Shown piece by piece: positions 37,601 through 48,793 of a DNA stretch of 64,000 bases. Numbering within the stretch: position 1 is the first letter of the stretch; every line of letters starts with the position of its first letter. Origin of the DNA: Pecten maximus (taxonomy: Eukaryota); contig NC_047015.1 of assembly GCF_902652985.1 (NCBI RefSeq), positions 28,706,001 to 28,770,000 of the forward strand. The letters run 5' to 3'. The notes under the pieces are model-generated. The model saw only the letters and a program-made list of their open reading frames with translations, had not been told where the DNA came from and searched no databases. The translations under genes were made by a program, and so were the position numbers.

Positions 37601-40600
37601 TGTTAATGATAAGAAGCAAAATGGCAAGATGATACTGTAATTCAAACTCAGGCAAATACATGAAAACAAATTGAGCAATGAACTAATAATATATATTTTT
37701 ATTTTTGTTGGTGAAATAAACACTGCTATTGTGGAAATAAAACAATGATACTGATAATAGCTATGAGGCAAGAATTTCACCTTACCTGACTGGAAGTACT
37801 CATGGAGGGCACAGGAGGACATTTTGCCTGCATCAGCAGCAGCTTTGGCAGCTTGTCTGAGGATTAACTGTAATTGTCTGAATGTTTGGTGCCAACTTTC
37901 CGTGTCTTTGGCCCGCTTCTCATCACATCCCGGTGAGTAGTCACCAAAAAATGTAAACTTTGACCTGATATGCTGTAATGATAATGTGAACTTTGACCTG
38001 ATATGCTGTAATGATAATGTGAACTTTGACCTGATATGCTGTAATGATAATGTGAACTTTGACCTGATATGCTGTAATGATAATGTGAACTTTGATCTGA
38101 TATGCCGTAATGATCATGTAAACTTTTAACCATACCTATTAAATACATCTAAAAGCACTATCTAAGCACAGTAATACCCCCTAAAATTCAAAGCAAGTGT
38201 AACATAAATCAGATATGTCCCATTTCATCGATAGTGGTTTTAGTGCAAATCTTCAGTGTATGATGTTCAAACTGTAGGAGAAGTTGTCAGACATTATTCA
38301 GTCTGCAATCATAAAATAATTTACTCCCATAAAAATGGCAGGGGCATGAATATACACACCTGTAGGATATACTGTGGGGGTTGGCTATTGTCGTCCTTCT
38401 TGAACCAGGTATGTAGCAGCTTTGTATGTTCAGGATTGGTCGTGTAGCTGGTAAGTAGTGTGAAGTCCTCCGACGATATCTCAGTAGGGATGGGACGGAA
38501 GCCGTATCTGGAGCCTTTTATAAGCTGGAAGGAATCCATTTTGATTTATAACAGGTAAGTTACAATTAAAAAAAAATACACTATACATTGTTTTACACAG
38601 TATCTCCAATGGAATATCATTATTAAATGCTATAAACAAAAGAGCTCTAAGTATAGATCCCTGAGGAACTGTGTGTGAAAATGTAAGTTTGTTTTGGCAC
38701 ATTTTTCCTCCAGGTGTAAATATTTTTTGTTTAGTTTAATACATGATCAAGACTATTTTTATCTATGAAAACTACACGGAACTATCAATAATTTTCAATA
38801 TGAGGTATTGATTTCCCACCACAAAGTTAGGTCCCAGGGAGATTTTCTGACAGTTTTCCACCTCCAGTAAGCAAATCTTCTCCACAGTGTGATCATTCTG
38901 ACTGTCGTCTGTCACACCCCACCTCATGTCCACCATCTGGAAGTCAAGGTCATGTTCCGCACAGAAGTCTCGCAGTTTTGGTGTTGCCTCCCGAACAATA
39001 GCATTTCGCTCTGCCCGCATGTCTGACAAACACAGAAAAGTGAATTTAGTTCAGAATATGTTGTATCAATGACATCGATGATCCATCATGTGGAGAAATA
39101 CTGGAGAAAATACAGTGTAACCGACTAAAACCTATTTCTGAGAATGTATACATGTATATAAATATCCATTCTAGAACTGAATTTAATAGTAATTACTATT
39201 CAAACACACTGGAAAGTCAATACTCTTTAAAATAAATTTTAATTGGAACATTTGTAGATTTTATTCAAATTCGTAGTAGTCTCCATTTGAATGTGACAGA
39301 CTTGACAGGTATGTGTTCTTTTCTTAAGAGATTCTTTTCATCTCTTTTCTCTCAAAGGTATGGCCATCTGAACCATATTTACATCACTTAAGATACAAGT
39401 CGATAAGAAAGCAGCATGATTGAAAATAACCAGAGAATGTCGAGCTGATAAAGATTCGGACGATAGATCTGGGAATGTTTGGGATGTTGTCAAGTTTTCC
39501 CTCTAGCATCCTTTCAAATTGTTGCTCAGCCTTTTTGTCAAAACCTTCCTTCACTGTCAACAGTAAAAAGAAATATTACCACAGATTCTGTTTGTATACT
39601 AAGATAACTCTAATTGCAAAACCTTTAAGTGAAATGAAAGTGAGAACACTGTAATCTTCACCACAAAACAAACTTTCTCAGGTCTCTAATGTTGTGATAA
39701 ATGATCCAACAATGTTTGAGGATTTCAAGGCAAGTGACAGAAACATGATTAAGTTTTAAAAGCAAAGATATTTACATCGTGTTCAAAACAATTTTTATCA
39801 CACCACCAATCTCTATAAAAAGTATTAAGAAATAAAAGCAACCTACCTATATTACTACTGTTTACTTCTGTCTTTGGTACAGTCCTGTTAAAGTAATTAT
39901 AGTATTATTGCATCCACAACTTATATATCATTAATTGGCTTACATCATGAAAATGATCACATGGTACCAACCAGTGACAGAACATGTAAACAGTCAAATA
40001 AAGAAATTATAATATACATGTAATAGGACAACAATCATATTCTTCTCTAGCTTGTATGCCATATTCTCATTGCTTTATGTATAAACAAACCTGGAGGTAT
40101 CTCCTAGGTAACCCGGAGATATTTTACCTGGGGCATACAGTATTGCTCTTTAAATGTATCTGAAAGATATCTCCAAGGTAACACAGAGGTATTCTGGGAC
40201 GTACACAGCATTGCTCTATAGACAAACCTGGAGATGTGTACTAGGTAACACAGAGGTATTCTGGGACGTACACAGTATTGCTCTATAGACAAACCTGGAG
40301 ATATCTCCTAGGTAACAGAGGTATTCTGGGACATACACAGCAATGCTCTATAGACAAACCTGGAGACATCTCCAAGGTAACACAGAGGTATTCTGGGACG
40401 TACACAGCATTGCTCTATAGACACACCTGGAGATGTCTCCTAGGTAACACAGAGGTATTCTGGGACGTACACAGTATTGCTCTATAGACAAACCTGGAGA
40501 TGTCTCCTAGGTAACACAGAGGAATTATTTTCAGACATACACAGTATTGCTCTATGGACATACCTTGACTTGTTCTGCACTGGTTTCTTTGATGCTTGAT

Positions 40601-42064
40601 TGGCAGGTTTTGGCTTTGAAGCAACATGTTGAGTTTTCCCCTAAGAAGAAATATTTACCAATTTCTAACAGCATTCAACAAGATGTAGCTGGTAGTTCAT
40701 CATTTAACAAAATACACCATATGGCATATGGGTCCAATCATTGCCCATGTAAATTAAATTGTTCCTTTATCCAGAGCCTAGATGATTTATGCTTGGGGTC
40801 TGTGAAATCTAGTTTAGTTCAAATCAAGAGATTTTGTGACACCCTCCTAGATAGTGGTTTGATAAATATACATGTATATAAATAATATTGGTATGTCATA
40901 TGTTTTCACTCTAACGCATGTAAAATGTGTAAGGTTATAAGCAGATCTCCATAGCATGGGTGGTTGGGTACACATTGGTAATGTATTCACCTTTCTACTA
41001 GGTGACTGCATGGGTTCAATTGACCAATCAGAGGTCAAAGGTTATGGGTAACCTATAAGCATTTCATTTGTTTCACAATTGTTGTAGTTTATCTCCATAA
41101 CTCTTCCTAAATCACAGGTAAAAGATGTAAGATAGACTGTCTGCCTATCTCTAGAATATCAAAATTATAAATAAAGCTTTATGAGATTGAGGATATGTCT
41201 GATTCAAAGATCAAACTAGGGGGAGATAATCTAGAATCAAATGGAGCAATTCTGACAAAAAAAACTGAAGGGCAGGTGGCCAGTCTAGATGTTATATACA
41301 TTTAGCTCTTGATTAAATCACAGGTGTAAGATGTAACATAACTCTTAATGAAATCGCAGGTATTATATATAAACTGAGCCACAGTTGTATGTGAAGAAGC
41401 TAATTTCCTTAGCATAATTTAACATCTGGTTTATCTGTGAAAGGTTTCTGCAAGATCAAAATAAGTTTTTGGGTTTGCGCGAACATGTTGGATTTGTCAA
41501 TTACTTATGGAAGCCTGATGGTGGTGTGACATAAAAAAAAGTGACCTAAAATGGTTAGTTTATATAAACAGCTTTGTACTCCTGCTAAACAAAGAATTAA
41601 CCAAGGTTTTAAATACAACATGTACCTTCAATAAATCAAAGGAGGAATCATGTCTTTTCACTGCCACCCTTTTGGAATCTGAAAAGAAGAAAACAACAAA
41701 AGTGTTAAATGTTCAATATAGGATAAATATCTATAAATATCTACAGAGAATAATCCAACTACAGGTACAAAATGTATAGTTTATGTTGTGTGAAAAAATT
41801 GTCTGTATTTGTTTAATGCTGGTATTTAAGAAACAGAAATATTGTCACATGTTTTTAAATAGTCAAGAATAATGTTTCTGCTTTTACACTGAACATGCAC
41901 TGGAAGATTTTTTTATAGGCTAGAGACTTTATAGCTATTCTTAGAGGAACATAATATTGTTGAACTGTGTAAAATTAGATAAAAAGGTGTATCAAATCTA
42001 TACTGATCATTAATAAATAAAAAAACTACTTACCTGGTGGGATGTTTTTGGTTTTGGAAGCCAT
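31680..42064 (-). CDS. NACHT and WD40 repeat protein (NWD1/NWD2-like), paralog B, intact, 1745 aa
   Basis: Coding exons 42064-42034, 41678-41626, 40640-40564, 39884-39847, 39553-39431, 39022-38820, 38524-38360, 37972-37786, 37303-37149, 36283-32303, 31904-31680 (TAA). They sum to 5238 nt with consistent phases. Starts MASKTKNIPP and has the same DUF4062-like, NACHT and WD40 motifs as A. Confidence 0.9.
37951..38126. repeat. 33-bp tandem repeat (5 copies) spanning an NWD-B splice acceptor
   Basis: Unit ATGTGAACTTTGACCTGATATGCTGTAATGATA; the first copy overlaps the exon start at 37972. Confidence 0.9.
38580..38702 (-). mobile_element. LINE reverse transcriptase fragment (L2/CR1 group)
   Basis: Translates TVPQGSILRALLFIAFNNDIP, matching the RT motif GVPQGSILGPLLFxxxINDLP. 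Confidence 0.6.
40070..40565. repeat. 67-bp tandem repeat (~7 copies) abutting an NWD-B splice donor
   Basis: Unit CTATAGACAAACCTGGAGATGTCTCCTAGGTAACACAGAGGTATTCTGGGACGTACACAGTATTGCT; the terminal unit contains the real donor at 40563. Confidence 0.9.
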
Positions 42065-42859
42065 CTGTTCTGTTTTATATATCTGTAATTAAAGCTGAAA
42101 AAAAAATATAAAAAAGAAATAGTAATAGAAAGATATTTTAATTTTTGTTTTTTTTATTAAAATTCTATGTTGTTTGGCTTTTAATTTTCCAGTAATTCCA
42201 AAAGGACATTGCTTCATGCATCTTATTAAAGTTCTTTGTATTGATGCTGGAGCATCATGTTAAATTCTTTAAAATGAAGTGATTTGAAAGCAGTCCCCTT
42301 AAAATGTGAGCCCATATAAGCTTTTTTTTATCTACAGTGTGACAGACAATATGAACATAGACATCAACAGTCATTTAAATATAATTAAAAAAACGAAGAT
42401 ATTTCTAAATGATGAATCATGATGTTGAGCTGGTTTAAGGAGTAACCTCAAAATTAAAATTGGCCTTTTATATATAAACATTTTTTTTTGAAAATGAACA
42501 TCAAAAACGTACCTGTGCACTATACACAAGTGTGCACTCTACGCGGATATTTACGATAGTAACTAGAGCAAAGGTAATTATTTCACAAATATGGCAATAA
42601 AAGAAAATAAAAGGCCAACACACTTACTTAAAAACATTTTCTTTCAATTTCAACAGTTCAATTCTTTTATCAAAATAAGATACATGCAATTCTGAGACAT
42701 GTCATCAATCACCTTTTTAAGATTTTGCATGATTCTTAGGCAGACTGCTACTTAAATACACACATCGCATGTATTGTGTATAGAATACAAGATTAGTGTA
42801 TCACCATTTACGGACATCATCCAGTTTAATGTTGTGATAAGGTAACAAAAACTATATGT

Positions 42860-44815
42860 AGTTTACAGTATATATAATGTACTATACAATGTATACATGT
42901 GTTGTTTATACATGTAATTAACAGTATTAATGTACTATACAATGTATAAATGTGTTGTTTCTACATGTAATTAACAGTATTAATGTACTATACAATGTAT
43001 ATAGGTGATGTTTCTACATGTAATTAACAGTATATATAATGTTCTATACAATGTATAAATGTGTTGTTTCTACATGTAACTAACAGTACATATATAATGT
43101 ACTATACAATGTATACATGTGTTGTTTATACATGTAACTAACAGTACATATATAATGTACTGTACAATGTATACATGTGTTGTTTATACATGTAACTAAC
43201 AGTACATATATAATGTACTGTACAATGTATACATGTGTTGTTTCTACATGTAATTAACAGTATTAATGTACTATACAATGTATATAGGTGATGTTTCTAC
43301 ATGTAATTAACAGCATATATAATGTACTATACAATGTATAAATGTGTTGTTTATACATGTAACTAACAGTACATATATAATGTACTGTACAATGTATACA
43401 TGTGTTGTTTATACATGTAACTAACAGTACATATATAATGTACTGTACAATGTATAAATGTGTTGTTTATACATGTAACTAACAGTACATATATAATGTA
43501 CTATACAATGTATAAATGTGTTGTTTTTACATGTAACTAACAGTACATATATAATGTACTATACAATGTATACATGTGTTGTTTTTACATGTAACTAACA
43601 GTACATATATAATGTACTGAACAATGTATAAATGTGTTGTTTTTACATGTAACTAACAGTACATATATAATGTACTGAACAATGTATACATGTGTTGTTT
43701 TTACATGTAACTAACAGTACATATATAATGTACTGAACAATGTATAAATGTGTTGTTTTTACATGTAACTAACAGTACATATATAATGTACTGAACAATG
43801 TATAAATGTGTTGTTTTTACATGTAACTAACAGTATTAATGTACTATACAATGTATATAGGTGATGTTTCTACATGTAATTAACAGCATACATAATGTAC
43901 TGTACAATGTATATAGGTGTTGTTTATACATGTAACTAACAGTACATATATAATGTACTGAACAATGTATACATGTGTTGTTTATACATGTAACTAACAG
44001 TACATATATAATGTACTGAACAATGTATACATGTGTTGTTTATACATGTAACTAACAGTACATATATAATGTACTGAACAATGTATACATGTGTTGTTTC
44101 TACATGTAATTAACAGTATTAATGTACTATACAATGTATATAGGTGATGTTTCTACATGTAATTAACAGCATACATAATGTACTGTACAATGTATATAGG
44201 TGATGTTTCTACATGTAATTAACAGCATACATAATGTACTATACAATGTATATAGGTGATGTTTCTACATGTAATTAACAGTATATATAATGTACTATAC
44301 AATGTATAAATGTGTTGTTTTTACATGTAATTAACAGTACATATATAATGTACTGTACAATGTAGGTATGTGTTGTTTTTACATGTAATTTACAGTACAT
44401 ATACAATGAACTGTACAATGTATATACATGTAGCTGTTGTTTCTACATGTAATTAACAGTACATATACAATGTACTGTACAATGTATGTATGCGTTGTTT
44501 CTACAGATGTACATGTAATACGCAGTATACATTGTATATAATTTACTATACAATGTATACATGTGTTGTTTCTACATGCAATTAACAGTACTTGTACATA
44601 TATAATGTACATGTACTATACAATGTATACATGTGTTGTTTCTACATGTAATTAACAGTACTTGTACATATATAATGTACTATACAATGTATATAGGTGA
44701 TGTTTCTACATGTAATTAACAGTATATATAATGTACTGTACAATGAATAAATGTGTTCTTTCTACGTGTATTTTGCAATATATACATATAATGTACTATA
44801 CAATGTACATGTATA
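42860..44815. repeat. ~53-58 bp AT-rich minisatellite (~34 copies)
   Basis: Unit AACAGTACATATATAATGTACTRTACAATGTATACATGTGTTGTTTATACATGTAACT, rich in short palindromes. Confidence 0.9.
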
Positions 44816-45131
44816 CTGGTGCTGTTTATACACGTGTTCAGGTCTACATTACATTGTAATACTTAATGTAATGTTGTTTTCCATTAAACATTTTATGCCG
44901 AAAAAAAATATATTAGCAGTTTGCCCAGAAGGGTGGACTATTTTGTAGTAAATATTCTCACCACTAAAATAGATTCCATATGCACATGTATTATTTTCCA
45001 ACCAATGTCAACATGAGCCTGTAAATGTACATGCGATTCTTTTTTATGCAGAAATATATAATATAGATACAACGTTTAAGAGTGAGACATTACTGTCACT
45101 TAGTCATCTAAAGACCGGCAACGAAACTTAC

Positions 45132-45212
45132 TTTCAGCCGACAAGTTTCAGCTTATAACACCAAGCAGACATGTTTGTTTACCTGAGTGACAGTGACCAG
45201 GGGAGACAACTA
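45132..45212 (-). promoter_or_regulatory. Putative non-coding first exon / proximal promoter block of NWD-B
   Basis: AAG|GTAAGT donor at 45132/45131; conserved block shared with 24601-24643. Confidence 0.55.
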
Positions 45213-45404
45213 TTGTAAAACAAGTGCAATCAATGATTGCGATAGCTCACCGACAGCAGCAATGTCATTTTGAAATTCCATTTAATTCGATTCATTCTAT
45301 TGACTTTAAGCTTTACAGCTCATCAGTACATATAACATATATACAATACATTAAATTGGCGGTCACAGCAATATAGCAGTTTAATTATTGTACGTCACAT
45401 AATA

Positions 45405-45840
45405 TCGCTCCTAGACCTCTAATGAATGTACTTACAAGCTTTCCAAAACTTACCTCCAAAATCTTTAAAGAGGGTTTTTGTGCCAAAAAAATTAAGTCCA
45501 CTAAATGGTAAAATGCAAAAAAAAAAACAACAAAAAAATAAATAAAAAAAAAATTCTGCATGATTAACAGAAAAAAGTTTTGAAAGTCCACAAAATGGTA
45601 AAATGCGAAAAAAAATCACAATTTTGTTCTGCATGATTTTGCCATAACATCACTCCTAGACCTCTAATGAATGTATAAACAAAATTAGAAGGGTGTGAGG
45701 TGTGTACTTTTGGACTTAGAAGTTTTCCAAAAAGTGATCCCAAAAACTTTAAAGTGGGGTGGGACGCCGACGCCGACGCGGGCACCGACGACCTGGGTAC
45801 AGTATTAGCTCACGGTTACTCGTAACCGTTGAGCTAATGA
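45405..45840 (+). mobile_element. Helentron-type element end
   Basis: Repeated CTCCTAGACCTCTAATGAATGTA, (GACGCC)n and terminal hairpin ATTAGCTCACGGTTAC-TC-GTAACCGTTGAGCTAAT. Confidence 0.5.
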
Positions 45841-47439
45841 AACATTATCGGTCCCCCTCAAAGTGAAACCAGGGAAATATATAATATTCTGAACCCTTGT
45901 CAGTATTAGTAAGAATTTCAACGTGAACAGAGCTAAAATGCGATTCTCCGGTATAACTCACCTATATTTTAAATGACTACATTATTTACGTAAAAAAAGC
46001 TTGCATAAATAACTCATTCAATGACTAATGACTTTGAGATAGATACGATGAAACTAGAATATTTATTCCTATTTGAAAACTCTGACAGGGAAGTGAATTG
46101 TAAACCTGTTGATGCTGAGCGTTATATGACTACGAAAAAAAGTCCTTACGTGTTTCAGAAATATATGTTACCAACAAACGAATAAAAAGTTGAAAAATCA
46201 TGTTAGAATCTACTCTTTCTTTGTATGATGTATAAACTGTGTTTTAACACAGGTCATAGACCTGTATTATTGTCCATGGTGATATGCACTGTCTGTAAGT
46301 GTCATAACCTACATTTGACATGTAGTTCCCGATAGATATCATTATTTGGTTATTGTTAAAACTAGGCCATAACTGATAACATTTGAACGATATCTTTAAC
46401 TGGGTCACTTTTCATATGGAAGCGAATTGAAATGAATCGTCCACAGGGATCGCCGTCTTGTCCTTATCGAAGGTGGAGGGAGGGGGCTCAATGTATATTC
46501 CTGGTCACGGGACCACGTTATTACAAAGCAAGACAAAATTATAAACTATTGCAACGCCGATCAGACAGTGATTAGTCCCAACTGACAATTTATAGGACAA
46601 GCGGAATCCTCCACAACGGATTTACATTTAGCACGTTGTTTTCCATGATTAAAAAATTATTTGGTCATTTGGCAATATTTATAACAAAACAAAACAAAAT
46701 TTTGCATCAAATCTTATGATAATCACATTAACATACTTATTCATGAAAAATGATGTGCATGTACGGGTTTACTTAATGCAATGGCAGCTACGCGCCTGTG
46801 ACAAAGCGAGAATTGACCTGACTTATAGTTTAATATTTACAATCCTGGTCACGACACCGCATTATTAGTCAAGAAAACTGTTGCTATGCAGTCTACTTCT
46901 TCAACTATCAACTTTGTTAATTCCTTCTCTTTACAAAAAATACAGTGTATAGAGAGAACATATTTACAACATTCAACAATTACAATATATGGAGGACAAA
47001 TCATACAACTTTTTTAAACAGTACTTTGATATTTACATACATCATGCCTTAAAGTTTTGATATTGGTACATTAGCTGTGAAAATTTAACAATATTAGGTA
47101 AAGTATAACAGTATTTTTCAATGCATAATTTTCGTTCAACAGTCAAAATGGGCATTTCAATAAATAAAGAAAATCATCACGGATGTCATTGGTATCACAG
47201 TGTGGACAAATTTTATTTGATAATTTACATTATGCTATCTTCAGGTTTCTACAATGAATATATGGTTACTTGTTCTAAATTTACAGAGCAACATTCTTTC
47301 GTTGTCATTAAATATACCAAAATATTTTTCAAAATTGCATCCTTTTTTATATATTCTATAACAAACTGGCATCGAAGAGTTAAAATATCACTTTCTTATT
47401 TTTGTAAAAATTGATGTACAATGTACAATGTTTGCTTTA

Positions 47440-47680
47440 CTATTGAGGGCTCAAATTGCTTTGAAACTGTGAATTCCACATATACATTAAACCACTTTCG
47501 TTTGAAATGTTTTGTATAAAACTTGAGTATGGGACTGCTCTATTTTCATTAATAAATAAACTGTACATGATATAATATAATGATGATGTTTTTATCTCAA
47601 GCAGAAGTAAGCTTGTTCCCAGTTCACCATTAACCATGTAGTTCGGTGTACTTTTTTTCAAACCTCATAGTAGTTTACAA
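47440..47680 (-). mobile_element. LINE ORF2 C-terminal fragment
   Basis: KKSTPNYMVNGELG resembles the STPxxxxYGELG motif downstream of RT in non-LTR elements. Confidence 0.45.
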
Positions 47681-47751
47681 ACTTTTAAATAAAAACGTTC
47701 TTATTTTTGATTGTCTGGAAACAGTGGCTAGTCCCGACTGACCATTTACAT

Positions 47752-47950
47752 AACACTTTATCACTAGCCCTCCACCTCTGGGTTGGGAGTTCGAAACCTA
47801 CGTGGGGCAGTTGCCAGGTACTGACCGTAGGCCGGTGTTTTTTCTCCGGGTACTCCGGCTTTCCTCCACCTCCAAAACCTGGCACGTCCTGAAATGACCC
47901 TGACTGTTAATAGGACGTTAAACAAAAACCAACCAAACAAAACAATCCAA
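47752..47950 (+). mobile_element. Same SINE family as 14482-14712, 5'-truncated
   Basis: B box GAGTTCGAAAC, core CCGGGTACTCCGGCTTTCCTCCACC, (CAAAC)n tail. Confidence 0.85.
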
Positions 47951-48239
47951 ACGTTATGGCAACATTCAAGGACACCGTTAAACAAATAAAGTGTTATTTA
48001 AAAAAAAAGGAAATCGCAGATTCAATCACTAAAACGATGTTCTAGAAACCACGAGATCAAACATGTGCTCCCGACAGGCGGCTCTCAGTCAGATCTTATA
48101 TCAGTCTCCTGTCATAGACTGAACTTTTTTTTTTCGATCACCGCCGACTGAGGAAGAAGTGCTCACAGAGACAAAATCTGGTCACAGTGGTAACTATATA
48201 CTTATATATCCTATAATGACACATAATTCACCAGAAAGC

Positions 48240-48400
48240 CCGCTTTTTATCATGATACTTATACCAGGCTCCGGAGTGACAGATGGTGTCTTTTCATGAG
48301 ATTAAATTAAAGGCATTTTTTTTTCTTTCAAAGTCATCCCAAGACAAAGCGTCATCAATATAACTAGTATATATAAATTCCTCCCTGTAAACAACCCGCC
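48240..48400 (-). mobile_element. Possible Penelope-like RT relic
   Basis: FIYTSYIDDALS followed (after a break) by KDT..HDKKR, resembling RYIDDVLS..KDTT..YDKR; very degenerate. Confidence 0.3.
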
Positions 48401-48793
48401 TTGAAGTGGTACAATGTGAGTTACAGTGATAATGATTGCTGTCTGATGATATAGTATAGATATTATATTGTCTACACATAATTAATTGTCAATTAATAAA
48501 ATTAGTTGTAGAGGGAGACAACTCGTAAACCGCACTAAGCACATGTGTATAGAATAAAACTAACAAAAAAGTCACACATACGATACCTTTAAAAGATTAG
48601 AATATAATAGTACATGGATAACGTGCGCTGTGTGGACCTACTGATTAGAGGTCATTAATTAAACCAACCCTTACCGACGCTGCCAAACCTGGTTCGGGAT
48701 TTTACTGGCCACGGTCATCGTAATATGTGGTTTGTTTATGCTTAAATCAACAATATTTTGTACATTGTGGGTTTTTATAAGTGACCCTGAACG

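Noticed and set aside
31680-42064. NWD-A and NWD-B as a haplotype duplication artefact
   Set aside because: Introns are largely unalignable and the WD40 regions differ extensively, so they are true paralogs.
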